The translations under genes and the position numbers were made by a program. Below, in pieces: positions 26,202 to 41,055 of a stretch of 64,000 nucleotides of DNA; position 1 is the stretch's first letter, and the number at the start of each line of letters is the position of its first letter. The DNA is from Octopus vulgaris (taxonomy: Eukaryota), in assembly GCA_951406725.2 (NCBI GenBank), contig OX597833.1, positions 682,001 to 746,000 on the forward strand, read 5' to 3'. The notes below the pieces were generated by a model. It saw nothing but the letters and a program-made list of their open reading frames with translations. It did no database searches and had not been told where the DNA came from.

Positions 26202-26494
26202 ATGTAATGACTTTTTTCAAAAGTAATATAGAGAAAATTAAATATAGACTGCAGGAAATCCATAATTGTCAATAAATATGAGTAGGGTGGTCAGAAACAC
26301 CTACATTGCTAGAAATAAGAGCTAAAAAACTCGAATGCTGTAGTCAAAACATATAATTATATACATATATACTGCCAGAGAGTATATATATATATATATA
26401 TTTGTATGTATGTATGTATGTATGTATGTATGTATGTATGTATGTATGTATGTATGTATGTATGTATGTATGTGTGTATGTAGGTATGTATATA

Positions 26495-26941
26495 CTTTTC
26501 TACTCTAGGCACAAGGCCCGAAATTTTGGGGGAAGGGGCCAGTCGATTACATCGACCCCAGTACGTAACTGGTACTTAGTTTATCGACCCCGAAAGGATG
26601 AAAGGCAAAGTCGACCTCGGTGGAATTTGAACTCAGAACGTAGAGGCAGACGAAATACCTATTTCTTTACAACCCACAAGGGGCTAAAACACAGAGGGGA
26701 CAAACAAGGATAGACAAACGGATTAAGTCGATTATATCGACCCCAGTGCGTAACTGGTACCATATATGCATGTATATATACATGTAAATGTGGGTACGTA
26801 CATATATGTATGTATATATGCATATGTTTTATTTATTTATTACTTTATTTATCAACCCCGAAAGGATGAAAGGCAAAGTCGACCTCGGCGGAATTTGAAC
26901 TCAGAACGTAGCGGCAGACGAAATACCGCTAAGCATTTCGC
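26495..26941 (-). mobile_element. Family C SINE heterodimer (3'-most unit has an alternative tail)
   Basis: Same junction as 24419; terminal tail reads CTTTTCTACTCTAGGCACAAGGCCCGAAATTTTGGGGG on the plus strand. Confidence 0.8.
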
Positions 26942-26999
<58 letters not shown>

Positions 27000-27029
27000 C
27001 ATACATACATACATACATACATACATACA

Positions 27030-27076
<47 letters not shown>

Positions 27077-27086
27077 TATATATGTA

Positions 27087-27285
<199 letters not shown>

Positions 27286-27428
27286 CATGCATGAATGCAT
27301 TACATGAGAAAGTGCAGGGGATAGATAGATAGATAGATAAAGACAGATCGAGAGAGACAGAGAGAGAGAGAGAGAGAGCAAAGGAGAGAAGCAGAGAAAG
27401 GAAGGGAGAGACTGAAGAAGGCAGGAAG

Positions 27429-27469
<41 letters not shown>

Positions 27470-27894
27470 CAGTGGACCAGTCCACATCACTCATTTAACA
27501 CCTTATCGCTTCATATATAATATATATGAACAAACGTCAAAGCACAAAATATCTTCTCGTCGACTTTCTTCCTCATAATTCACGCACTCTCGGACGAGCT
27601 TTCTTCCTATTTCATCGATATTATATTGATATTCATTCATCTATTGATTACACTTTGAGAGATTACAATGCTGTCGTATATGCGTGTGTATATATGAGTA
27701 TATAAATACATATACATATACATATATATATATTTTGTATCGACAAGGTAAGTAGGAGTGTACAAACTTTCTTTTTCTCTACTTTGCTCTTGTTGTTCGT
27801 TAGCAACGTGGTTTTTTGTGTTGTTATGTATGTATGTATGTATGTATGTATGTATGTATGTATATGTAAATATACATACACTTATGTAAAGTTT

Positions 27895-27926
<32 letters not shown>

Positions 27927-28592
27927 CACACACATAAATATATTCGTATGTACATACGTATATGATTATGTATACATATGTAAAGTTATGTATATATATG
28001 TATATATATACATGTATATATATATTCGTATGTAAATAAGTATGTATGTATGTACGTATATGTATATATATGTAAAGCTATATATATGTATACATATGTA
28101 TATATGTATATATGTATATATACATTTATATATATATATTTACATATATATATATATATATATATTCGTATGTACCGCATACCTACATAGAAATGCGTAT
28201 GTGTGCGTGTGTGTGTGTTCCCGTTATTTCAGTTTCGTACAAGGCTGCGCTGGGTTGGACAGGGTGGGGCTGTTTTCGAGTGTCTAGGGGTCGAACCTCT
28301 GAGTTCACTAAACTTTGTGACACGAGGATTATCTGTTTTCTGTATCCAACGTTTTGAGTTCGATACCAAATATTTTGCACTGTTAAATCTATTGAAATAT
28401 ATATGTTTCTTTATTACCCACAAGGGGCTAAAACATAGAGGGGACAAACAAGGACAGACAAAGGGATTAAGTTGATTACATCGACTCCAGTGCGAAACTG
28501 GTACTTTATTTATCGACCCCGAAAGGATGAAAGGCAAAGTCAACCTTTGTATTAAGATCTACGTACCAACCCACTTACATACCTACCTACCG

Positions 28593-28671
<79 letters not shown>

Positions 28672-28737
28672 CATCTATCTATCTATCTCTCTATCTATCT
28701 ATCTGTCTATCTGTCTGTATGTTTGTTTGTCTGTCTG

Positions 28738-28788
<51 letters not shown>

Positions 28789-28793
28789 GTCTG

Positions 28794-28861
<68 letters not shown>

Positions 28862-28942
28862 CCTATCTACCTACCTACCTACCTACCTACCTACCTACCT
28901 ACCTACCTACCTACCTACCTACCTACCTACCTACCTACCTGC

Positions 28943-28982
<40 letters not shown>

Positions 28983-29554
28983 TCTTATACAACCTAATCT
29001 GTTTTTCTTTTTAGTAACATTTACATTTTCTGTGATACACGATCCCTTTCAATTGGCACTTTTTTAATTATTTTTTTCACGATCCCTATTCATCGAAATT
29101 AATATTTTCTCTAATTTTCTCTCTTTTTTTCTCCCTAAAATAAAAGCTTTACATTGTATTTTGTCCCCTCTGTGTTCAGCCCTATATGACTAATAAAAAA
29201 AAAATATATATCTATCTATCTATCTATGCATACATGCATGTATGTATGTAGTATACACACGCACGCCCACACTCACATAATTGCGAAAAAAGCGAGACGA
29301 ATGTAAAATAAAACGGAAGAAAAATAAATATATAAATATATCTAAATACCTAAATAATAATATACAAATATAACAAATAAATAACATTAAAAAAAATGTC
29401 ATTAAATCCCGAGGACAAATGTCCAGTCCATTTCTGTCAAAGTTTTTATCAAGTTACAAAGTATAGAAAGAAGTAACTGGTGTTTTCATAACGTTACTTT
29501 TTTCTTCTCTACGGAATACCACAGGGGTCAGCTATGATTTTGATCTTATCTTAC

Positions 29555-30146
29555 ACTTTACTCTTTACTCTTTTACTCTTTTACTTGTTTCAGTCATTTG
29601 ACTGCGGCCATGCTGGAGCACCGCCTTTTAGTCGAGCAAATCGACCCCGGGACTTATTCTTCTTTGTAAGCCCAGTACTTATTCTATCGGTTCTCTTTTT
29701 GCCGAACCGCTAAGTGACGGGGACGTAAACACACCAGCATCGGTTGTCAAGCAATGCTAGGGGGACAAACACACACACATACACACACACATATATATGT
29801 ATATATACATATATACGACAGGCTTCTTTCAGTTTCCGTCTACCAAATCCACTCACAAGGCATTGGTCGGCCTGAGGCTATAGTAGAAGACACTTGTCCA
29901 AGGTGGGACTGAACCCGGAACCATGTGGTTGGTAGGCAAGCTACTTATCACACAGCCACTCCTGCACCTATATACATATATACGACAGGCTTCTTTCAGT
30001 TTCCGTCTACCAAATCCACTCACAAGGCATTGGTCAGCCCGAGGTTATAGCAGAAGACACTTGCCCAAGATGCCACGCAGTGGGACTGAACTCGGAACCA
30101 TGTGGTTGGTTAGCAAGCTACTTACCACACAGCCACTCCTGCGCCT
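29555..30146 (-). mobile_element. Family A SINE with duplicated head
   Basis: Tail at 29555-29770, followed by two head/CORE segments. Confidence 0.85.
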
Positions 30147-30305
30147 ATCTTGTTCATTTATGAAATTAATTGGCAGTGATATTCTGGTCTTGGTTGATTT
30201 AATTGGTCTATTAAGCGAGTTGTCTCTTATATAAGATGTTTCTTATATTGTTATTTTTAGGTCTCAATGGAAATAAAATGTTAATTGCTAATTATTATTA
30301 TTATG

Positions 30306-30393
<88 letters not shown>

Positions 30394-30540
30394 TAATAAT
30401 AATGATAATAATAATAATAATAATAATAATAATAGTGCCTGGTGTACCTTTATCAGACGGGTAGTCATGATGGGTATATTGGGCTTCGTATATTTTACCC
30501 CAGTGTCACTTTGATGGCATAATGCACTGCTCTCTCACTC

Positions 30541-30687
<147 letters not shown>

Positions 30688-30689
30688 TA

Positions 30690-31240
30690 ATTCTTTTTAT
30701 TGGCCACAAGGGCTGACACAGATGATTACAAAAGATAAAGGGACAAAACAGGACAAAAGGTTACAAAGGGTTTTGTCCGTTTGTGAAAAAAATCGTGTAA
30801 AAACATTGTAACAATCAAATAATATAACAACGAAAAACTCCCAATAGGGGGAGGCGTTACGAAAGGTTCCTGGTGGAAAAAAACCATAAAAGCCAACGGG
30901 AGCCTGGTCAAAAGGGGGGTAGAGAGCCCCTTTCTCCTTTTATAAGACATTTTTCAATTACAGGCGAAACCTCAGAATTGGTCCATTTATACTGGCCATT
31001 CTTGCACAATTCACCCACCTTTCAGAAAACTTGCTATCAGACAGCACTCTCCTCTCTAACCTCATCTTCCTTTTCAAGTGAGACTTGAAAAAGTTGATGA
31101 GGCCTTGACCAAAGAGGAAAGTGTCTGACTTTAGCCCTTTCAAACGGGTCTACCATGCAACCTCTTTCGCCACAGCCACTAGGCACAGGAAAACGGCTTT
31201 GCCCTCCTTGTTAAAGGAGGTCGGCGGGGCAATCTTCACT
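30690..31240 (-). pseudogene. Tx1/L1-like LINE 3' end (ORF2 C-terminus and 3' UTR) within (AAT)n
   Basis: FLCLVAVAKEVAW*TRLKGL...LINFFKSHLKRKMRLERRVL...FSERW; UTR ends CTGTGTCAGCCCTTGTGGCCAATAAAAAG. Clade assignment is by recall only. Confidence 0.55.
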
Positions 31241-31264
31241 ATGTATAATAATAATAATAATAAA

Positions 31265-31808
31265 GTACCAGGCAGTGGCTCTCGTGGCTTCTGATCTTGA
31301 CTGATTGGAAGTGTTATCATGTACATCATTTTATCTTGGTATAAAAGATGGGCTACAGCAAATATTCTGCTCAATACCACAGATTTGCTTGTCAGTTGTT
31401 TGACCTTAACCAGTTGAGCATGTCCCTCAGTTGCTGACGATATGTGCATCTCTGATCACGAGCAGAAGTAGTGGGGGAGCATAATAGCCATGTGTTGAGA
31501 GGGATTCTTAGAGGTTTGGATAATTCCCCTTCGAAAACATGGGTGTTTCGTTCAACATCCTTAAACAACCCTTATTCAGGGACCCTTTGAGCGGGATGGG
31601 CTACTCGACCAGAAGAAAATTCTAACTGGGCCCCACCTGCAAGGTCATGCGCTGTTTATCTTGATATGAGATCACCATATCGCGCACATTTGGTTGTGAT
31701 GCATGTGCCTGGTGTACCCTTATCAGACGGGTAGTCATGATGGGTATACTGGGCTTCGTATATTTTACCCCAGTGTCACTTTGATGGCATGCACTGCTCT
31801 CTCACTCA
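31265..31808 (+). mobile_element. Non-coding (AAT)n-flanked retroposon; 5'-truncated copy at 30435-30540
   Basis: The 3' ~105 bp are near-identical between the two copies, and both end CTCTCTCACTC(AAT)n. Confidence 0.7.
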
Positions 31809-31817
31809 ATAATAATC

Positions 31818-31909
<92 letters not shown>

Positions 31910-32059
31910 GCATATATTACTCCTTTATATTCTTTCCGGTTCCATTTAGTCCTTTTACATTTTTTGATTTCCTGGTCGTTGTGGTGGTGAACTTTGGGGG
32001 CTTAATTTGGGACAAATCCCGTTTAAGTGACCTTCCAGGTTCGTATTCGGGGAAGATAT

Positions 32060-32396
32060 TCATGTGGCATCTCAAGGCGACAACAGTACCAGTGATTGTA
32101 GGATCTCTAGGAATGATAAAAAAAGGTACTGAAACCTATTTGAAAATGATACCAGGCTTACCATCCCTACAGGAAGTGCAAAAAATCGTGTGAACTGGAA
32201 CGACTCATGTATTGAGAAGAACATTATCGCTGTGAAAATAACATCCATCCATGAATTTATTTATTCATTAATTTTTAAATACATATTTTACCTGTGAATC
32301 TGCGTGTGTAATCTGGGAATGCATGCAATGAGCTTCTCTGCCCTAGGTGTACGGAAAACACCCGGCGAGAAACGGAAGAAAATTTGAAGAAAGGAG

Positions 32397-32398
<2 letters not shown>
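32060..32398 (+). pseudogene. R4/Dong-type LINE 3' end followed by (AAT)n
   Basis: MWHLKATTVPVIVGSLGMIKK...LQEVQKIV*TGT.HVLRRTL; Dong elements are known to target TAA repeats. Confidence 0.7.
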
Positions 32399-32473
<75 letters not shown>

Positions 32474-32947
32474 TTCTGTGAGTGAATAAGGTGAGCAGAA
32501 ATTCTGTGGAAGTCCCTTCTGTGTGTGTGCTTGCGTGTGTGTGTGTGTATCTTTCTGTTGTCCTTTAACTGTTACAGTTTTTAGACCCTAGGCATGTTGA
32601 GGCATCGTCTTGAAAAATTTTCAGCTGGAAGAATGAAACAACCTCAGTACTTTTTCTTCTAAAAGACCGGTACTTATTCCATCGGCATCTTTTGCCGAAT
32701 TGCTAAGTTACGAGGACGTAAACAAACCGACACCGGTCGTCAAGCGATGGTGGGGAACAAACATAGACACAAAAACACATACATAGGCGCAGGAGTGGCT
32801 GTGTGGTAAGTAGCTTGTTTACCAACCACATGGTTCCGGGTTCAGTCCCACTGCGTGGCACCTTGGGCAAGTGTCTTCTACTATAGCCTCGGGCCGACCA
32901 AAGCCTTGTGAGTGGATTTGGTAGACTGAAACTGAGAGAAGCCTGTC

Positions 32948-33011
<64 letters not shown>

Positions 33012-33251
33012 TTATTTATTTATTTATGTACGTGTGTGTGTGCCTTTTACTTCTTTCACTTGGTTCAGTCACTAGATGGCGACCAGCTGGAGCACCATTT
33101 TGAACTTTAAGTCAAATGAATCGACTCCAGTACTTCAAGCATGGTATTTACTATATTGGTCTCTTTGCTGAAGCACTAAGTTACGGTGACATAAACACGC
33201 CAATACCGGTTGTCAAGCAATGGTGGAGGACACAGAGACAAAGTCACACAC

Positions 33252-33321
<70 letters not shown>

Positions 33322-33354
33322 CACACAGACACACACACATAAACACACACACAA

Positions 33355-33504
<150 letters not shown>

Positions 33505-33804
33505 CGCAAATTTTATTTAATTTGCTTTGCGTGGGCTACAGCTTTATCGAAGGCGTATCTTGTAGTGAAATGCTCGAAATACGGATTAGCAAAAACGGTC
33601 GACAACTGATGAAGGGTCGTTCCTTGTGTTGCTTGTCTTGTTTTCCATTTGTTTCTTTTGTTGCTCGCGAAAAAAAGCCCTTATTCCACGTCCTCGTACT
33701 TCGTATTTTTTGTTGTTTATGTTTTGTGACGTCCTGTGCCCACATATGCATATGTATATACGTATACATGTAAGTATGTACGTATACGTATGTATATATG
33801 CATA

Positions 33805-33964
<160 letters not shown>

Positions 33965-34065
33965 GCAAAAACGGTAAGATAACAAAAGAAAGAAAGAAAC
34001 CTCAATATTATGTAAATAGAGGAAATTTATCTATAAAATAATATGTTACATTTACTCAATAGTCA

Positions 34066-34120
34066 AGATAAAACTCTGAGTTTCAGATGCCAAAGTGGAA
34101 ATCCACAACACCATCTCTTC
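34066..34120 (-). ncRNA. Hammerhead truncated in its core by an adjacent SINE
   Basis: (CU)GAAGA-GAUG...CAUC-U-GAAA-CUCAGAG-UU-UUAU; same family as 57610. Confidence 0.6.
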
Positions 34121-34411
34121 GCAATGGCCCAGTGGTTAGGGTAGCGGACTCGCGGTCGTAGGATCGTGGTTTCGATTCCCAGACCGGGCGTTGTGTGTGT
34201 TTATTGAGCGAAAACACCTAAAAAGCTCCACGACGCTCCGGCAGGGGGTGGTGGTGATCCCTGCTGTACTCTTTCACCACTCTTTCTCTCACTCTTTCGT
34301 CTGTTGGCCTGCTTGCTTAGCCAGCGGGGTGGCGTCATTCAAAGGCTAAAACAATGTGAACGCATTGTGACCAGCGATGTGTAGCAACATCTGATGGTCT
34401 GGTCGGTCACG
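34121..34411 (+). mobile_element. Family B SINE
   Basis: Matches 1397-1689. Confidence 0.85.
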
Positions 34412-34419
34412 AGATATAT

Positions 34420-34475
<56 letters not shown>

Positions 34476-34523
34476 GCCTAAATACACATACGCATATATA
34501 TCCACACGTATATATATCCACAC

Positions 34524-34586
<63 letters not shown>

Positions 34587-34984
34587 GACATCTGTGTGTC
34601 TGTATGTATCCATAACGTGTGTGCGCGCGCATGTGTGTGTAATGATAGAGGAATTTTTTTTTTCACCGTCGTGTCATTGGTGCAGGAATGTGGGTGTTTT
34701 CTGCATAGACAATAGGTGCATTTTACCTTTGACTTCCCATTTGGAATTCTCGACTTTTTATCATGGTCGCCGGTAAAAATGTACGATAACAATGTGAAAA
34801 TGACTGTCTCTTTTTTTCGTTTTTTTTTATCGCTTGCTCATATGTCTGGACTTTTATATGTGTGTATGCATGACTGCACGTATGTCATAGTTTAGTTTCA
34901 TTTCTAGATTTCTTGACAATGGGGAAAAACCCGGCTTCTTACGTAGAACCAAAGCTTCTTCGCCGCAATTTCGACAACTTCAAC

Positions 34985-35378
34985 GGCTGTGTGGTAAGTA
35001 GCTTGCTTACCAACCACATGGTTCCGGGTTCAGTCCCACTGCGTGGCACCTTGGGCAAGTGTCTTCTACTATAGCCTCGGGCCGACCAAAGCCTTGTGAG
35101 TGGATTTGGTAGACGGAAACTGAAAGAAGCCCGTCGTATATATATGTATATGTATGTATATATATGTATGTGTGTGTATATGTTTGTGTGTCTATGTTTG
35201 TCCCCTCGCCCAACATCGCTTGACAACCGATGCTGGTGTGTTTACATCCCTGAAACTTAGCGGTTCGGCATAAGTACTAGGCTTAAAAAAGAATAAGTCC
35301 TGGGGTCGATTTGCTCGATCGACTAAAGGCGGTGCTCCAGCAAGGCCACAGTCAAATGACTGAAACAAGTAAAAGAGT
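34985..35378 (+). mobile_element. Family A SINE
   Basis: Head, CORE and tail all match 12116-12556. Confidence 0.85.
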
Positions 35379-35592
35379 ATGGAAGTCACCGTAGTGACTT
35401 CCATGTTGAAGTCGTCTGTGTTTGCGCAAGTATTAGAAATCACTGCACGTACAGATCTGTATGTTTTGTCCTCTTGCATAAAATTGCACGTCAGGAAATG
35501 TGCAGATGTACTTATATGATAAACTTTTGAAAAGTTATATTATTTACATTATTTACATTTGACGGAAATTTGTCCTCATCTTGTTTATTGTT

Positions 35593-35638
35593 AACACAAC
35601 GTTTCGGCTGGTGTACCCTCCAGCCTTCATCAGGTGTT
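35593..35638 (-). ncRNA. Minimal type-I hammerhead ribozyme
   Basis: AACAC-CUGAUGA-A-GGCUGG..CCAGCC-GAAA-CG-UU-GUGUU. Confidence 0.85.
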
Positions 35639-35869
35639 TTGGGGGAAATTTCGAATCTAGGTTCTGATTCTTCCACGTACCCACACTCAGACATACGGGT
35701 GCATAGATACACAGGCCACACACAGAGACACAGGCCACACACACACACACGCACATACACACACACACACACACACAAACACACACATACACACGCACAC
35801 ACACGCACTAGCACCCACTAAGACAATCACACATCCATACCCACGTATATCTGAGTGTGTTTGTGTGCG

Positions 35870-35933
<64 letters not shown>

Positions 35934-36599
35934 TGTGTGTGTGCGTATGCATGCATGTGTGTATGTTTGTAGACTTAATCTCTGCATGTAGGCACTTGAC
36001 ATTTTTCTATTCAAATTTTATTCCAAATACAATAACAATAACAACACCTGTAAAAAACAAATAAAGCGAAACAAAATCACACACACACACACGCACATAC
36101 GCACATACATATACCCATATACCTTACGTTCATACGTATATACACACACACACATGCTCTTTGTTTGCCAAAGATAGCGAAACCGTCGTCAGCAAACATC
36201 ACTTGAGAACACAACGAACGGATTTGCGAGTCAGAAAAGTATTTAGCGATAATCCTCCAGTTTGATTCTCACGCTTGTTAGAAGAGTGTGCTTTCTGGTG
36301 TCGCACAGAAGCACCCTCGGCAACAGAAGGAGCCGAAACAGCATCGGCGGCATCTACAGCAGAGGTGACAGAGGCGGTGTGGGGCAAGGAAAACAAAAAA
36401 ACTACAGACGGATAGGTACATAGGTTATATGAACAGACAAGCACACATGCGCAAATATAGACTGAAACACATGACCATATATGCACACACTTTACTCCAC
36501 ACAAGGAGACATATGGAGACACGGGCCCACACATATAGATATGCACATCCATACATACATACATACAAACATGGTACATAGTTGCAAAACACACACACA

Positions 36600-36779
36600 C
36601 ATACAGACATGCACACACAAGGAAACAGAGGTGCACACATATACAAACACACGCTCACACACACACACAGACATGCACACACAAGGAGACAGAGGTGCAT
36701 ACATATACAAACACGCTCACACACACGCACAGACATACACACACAAGGAGACAGAGGTGCACACATATACAAACACACG

Positions 36780-36813
<34 letters not shown>

Positions 36814-36860
36814 CACACACACTCAAGGAGACAGAGGTGCATACATATACAAACACATGC
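36600..36860. repeat. ~60-bp minisatellite, ~4 copies
   Basis: Recurring CAAGGAGACAGAGGTGCA(C/T)ACATATACAAACAC. Confidence 0.8.
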
Positions 36861-37920
36861 TTACACATACATACATAGAAAATACACAAACACGGACATG
36901 CAAGCACATTAATATGCAAAATACATACATAGACGCACACATACATACATATATACGTTTGCATACACATACATGTATACACACACATGCATACATACAT
37001 ACACACATACATACATACGTACATGCATACATACATAGACACACACACACACTGACCCCCACACATGCGCACAAGCAAACAAAAAGGAACGCAGTGTAAA
37101 TAACGGACAGAGTCAAGACTATTGAAAAGGTTGCAAGACGCAACGAGAATTTTAGGAAAATAAAAATAAGACAATGTAAAGTATGATAGCCATCTCGATA
37201 TGGCTAACCACTAAGGGTGGGTGTTACTGTAGCTTGTAACCCCAGGAGATCATCGTCTCCAGCTGGCTTTAGGCACACTATCTGTGCCCTTATGGTATTT
37301 GTAAAGGTAGGCCATCCCTTTCTCGTAAGGTGGAAATTTTAGCGGTGAGTGTGTTACATTATAAGGCACGAAAAGAAAATGACTCTCTCGAGACACAATA
37401 AAAACTACAGCATTAACTACAAGCTGGCCCAAAAGTAGGTTTACAGTTATTCAACTATCGTTCATATATTAACAGTTGAGATCTTAATTATAGAAAAATA
37501 TATGAAACCATTATTCTATGCTAATTTAGTTAATTGTAAGATAGAAATTTAAATGAAATAAAATGTTTTGAAAGAAATTTAAAGTGCCTACGTGATAACC
37601 GTAGACATACGTTTGGGCCACCGTATATTTTCACTCGATTTCTACAAGAACGGCTTACATCAGGCGCACGCACACACACACATACTTTATGCATATGTAT
37701 ACGTGTGTGTGTGTGTGTGTGTGTGTGTAGCTCAGCTCTTTTCAAGTTGCATCCATCTCGGCAATTTTCAGATTTGCTTCGAAAATGGCCAACGGCAAAG
37801 CAGTTGCGCATTTGTAAAACAATGGGCAAGTGTCTTCTGCTATAGCCTCGGGCCGACCAAAGCCTTGTGAGTGAATATGGTAGACGGAAAGTGAAAGATG
37901 CCCTCACATATATATATATA

Positions 37921-37964
<44 letters not shown>

Positions 37965-38007
37965 CGTATATATAGGTAGGGATCAAAGCAGTTTGGTTCG
38001 AATTCGT

Positions 38008-38048
38008 CGGTACTCTTGAGTTTCAAGCGCGATGCTAGTCATCAGCCA
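38008..38048 (-). ncRNA. Type-I hammerhead overlapping one arm of a 180-bp palindrome (38019-38199)
   Basis: UGG-CUGAUGA-CUAGC-AUCGC-GCUU-GAAA-CUCAAGAG-UA-CCG; stem II is imperfect. Confidence 0.6.
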
Positions 38049-38756
38049 TTTTAAATTTGAAAGATAGAAGGTGATTGTTATTGCCGTAAGGTGGGCTGCG
38101 ATTGACCTTCTTCGATCAATCGCAGCTCACCTTACAGTAATAACAATCAATTTCTGTCACCCAAATTCAAAATGGCTGACAAACATCACGCTTGAAACTT
38201 ATGTTTATTATGAAATATGTTTATTTACCTGTAGTAGAGATGCTGACAAGTGCTACTACTCTGGGTTGGAGCAGATTTAGGAACAATAATGGCTATCAGG
38301 TGGTTCCAAACTTCTCAAAACCTTGGAACTCTCGAATCAGGGCCTCACAACCGGATGCGGTTTTATAGCTTTGTTAAGCTACACATAAAAATAATCAGGA
38401 ACCAGAGTGTGTCAGTGTATTGTTGTTTTCGCTTCAAACAACTACATTGTGATGGCGAGTACGATCGACCATCTAAACCCCCAGACTCCTTTGCCACCGA
38501 ACCGGAAGTACCTTCTCCACGGACCAGCTCACTAGCTAGCCTGCAGTGAAATTCCTAGATACAGTTCGTCTGTTTTCAGTCCAGGGTCAGTGCCCTACAA
38601 TTTAAAGTCATATTCACGACAGAGTAGACATTATAAACCCACGTTGTATGTAAAATAAACACATTATAAGCATAATGTACGTGAAAGACACATTATAGGC
38701 CACATTACACCCACGCCCACACAATACTCACCAGAGAATATTCTTTTCTACTCTAC

Positions 38757-39343
38757 GGTCATTCGGAATGCTCACAGCAGCCATATTCCTACCACTCTAT
38801 GTCACGCTGGTGAGACCCATATTAGAGTACGGGATTCAAGCCTCTTCTCCTTATCTCCTCAAAGACATACAGCATCTCGAAAGAGTCCAGAAGCTGGCTA
38901 CCCGCATGGTTCATGGTCTCAAAAATTTGTCCTATGAAGAAAGGCTGAGGACGCTCGACCTTTATTCTCTTGAAAAACGCCGCCGCCGTGGTGATCTCAT
39001 TCTCGCCCACAACATCATAAGCGGAAAGTGTAACCTCTCGAAAGAGCTGTTCTTCACTCCTGCTCCAGAGCATCGGCTGCGGGGTCATTCCGAAAAGCTC
39101 TACCTGCGACGATTTCATCTCAATCGAAGGAGAGGAGCTTTCTTTGTCCGGGTTGCGGATCCGTGGAACAAGCTGCCGGACGAGATGGTGAAGATGCCGA
39201 CGACCGCTTTGTTCAAAGCCTCCCTTGACCTCAAGTGGCCTGAACTCTTTACATGAACACCACCCTGTACTTAACTCCATGTCCCCCTACATGGCCTTGC
39301 TATTTGCTTTTGAGCCAAATTAACTAACTAACTAACTAACTAA
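38757..39343 (+). mobile_element. 5'-truncated CR1-clade LINE (open ORF2 C-terminus ending at 39256, (TAAC)n tail)
   Basis: LYVTLVRPILEYG...LERVQKLATRMV.GL..LSYEERL..LDLYSLEKRRRRGDLI...RGH...WNKLP; it interrupts the tail of a family C SINE. Confidence 0.9.
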
Positions 39344-39705
39344 GTACAAGACCCGAAATGTTTTGGGGGAGGGGGCCAGTCGATTAGATCGACCCCAGTA
39401 CGCAACTGGTACACCCCGAAAGGATGAAAGGCAAAGTCTACCTTGGCGGAATTTGAACTCAGAACGCAAAGACAGACAAAATACCTATGTCTTTATTACC
39501 CACAAGGGGCTAAACACAGAGGGGACAAACAAGGACAGCCAAAGGGATTAAGTCGAATACAACGACCTCAGTGCGTAACTGGTTATTTAATTTATCGAAA
39601 AGCAAAGTCGACCTCGGCGGAATTTGAACTCAGAACGTAGCGGCGGACGAAATACCACAAAACATTTCGCCCGGCGTGCTAACGTTTCTGCCAGCTTGCC
39701 GCCTT
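39344..39705 (-). mobile_element. Family C SINE heterodimer with head
   Basis: Head GGCGGCAAGCTGGCAGAAACGTTAGCACGCCGGG; same internal junction as the other family C multimers. Confidence 0.8.
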
Positions 39706-40393
39706 ACTCACCAGACGATATTGTAGTCACTCCATACTTGACCAGCCCGGCCAGGCAGCCAGCGAGACAATCAACCAACCAGCTCGTACTGGTAACCCTA
39801 ACAAACTCCACTCACTTGCTTCAAAAGTGTATAAACAAAGCCAGTCTAGGCCTGGTCTTTTCCGTTCCCAAACGAGCGCCAAAACAGTAATTAGCAGACG
39901 ACCGACACTCACCCTTCACCACCGCCGCCATTTCTACTTCAACTCCTCAACCCTTCATTACATCTTTATTCTCTTATAAAACTGACTGATTAAACTAATT
40001 TACACCGATTGATTAGACTAATTACCCCTGAGCAAGTTTATTTCTCTCATAAGAATGACTTCAATGACCGACAGACTCGAGTTTTATTTATATTTTTGTG
40101 CGTTTTCTTCTTTTGTTGTTTTTCTTTTATATATTTTGTTTTGTTGCATTTTTAAAATTTTTATTTATATTTCTTGCCTTCCTATTCTCAGTAACGGAAG
40201 TCGACATGGTGTCCACATAAAGTTTTATAGCATCTCACGCACACACACACACACTATGTCCATACATATATATGTGTATATATCTATATATGTACACACA
40301 CACACTTATATATATGTATGCACACAGACATATATATCATATATATACACACATCTCTCTCTCTCTTTTCCATCTCTCTTTCTATGCATGTGC

Positions 40394-40434
<41 letters not shown>

Positions 40435-40545
40435 CGTATATTTGCCATTTAAGTATGGCTAACCCCTAAGGGTGGATGCTACTGTAGTTTGTAGCCCCAG
40501 GAGGACACGTCCTCCAGCTGGCTTTAGACGCATTTTCTTTAGACG

Positions 40546-40589
<44 letters not shown>

Positions 40590-40678
40590 GGAAAGTTTAC
40601 GAAAATAAACAAAAGACGAAGGCAGGTTGTGTACAAACAATCAAATGTATTAGTATAACGCTCAGGAATAGAAAAAGT

Positions 40679-40714
40679 ATTTTACGTTTCGAGCCTACGC
40701 TCTTCTACAGAAAG
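40679..40714 (-). ncRNA. Minimal hammerhead-like motif with CUGUAGA core
   Basis: Core and stem II identical to 13987. Confidence 0.6.
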
Positions 40715-40785
40715 GGGCACAGAAAAAAACAAGGAGAGAAAAAATGTGTGTAGTAGCTAACGATCTATCATGAGAGAGAGAGTGA

Positions 40786-40865
<80 letters not shown>

Positions 40866-40964
40866 TGTGTATTCTTTTATACGCTTTAGCCCTTCCTGGA
40901 GCACACCAATGAATATATATATATATATATATCCATCAAAATAAGCAACAAGAATGACTCCGGT

Positions 40965-41055
40965 AATTTGGTACGATCGTTTCGTACTACATCATTTTAT
41001 TAAATGTTGTAAGTATTACAACAGATTTAAGATGCTGAGTGCTCATCAGCCAATT
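40965..41055 (-). ncRNA. Type-I hammerhead ribozyme, canonical core, long stem II
   Basis: UUGG-CUGAUGA-GCACU...UGUUGUAA/UUACAACA...AGUAC-GAAA-CGAUCG-UA-CCAA; insert is flanked by (TA)n on both sides. Confidence 0.85.

Noticed and set aside
40457-40480. Pistol-ribozyme-like string TAACCCCTAAGGGTGGAT
   Set aside because: The required P1-loop pseudoknot partner and the conserved GCG are absent.
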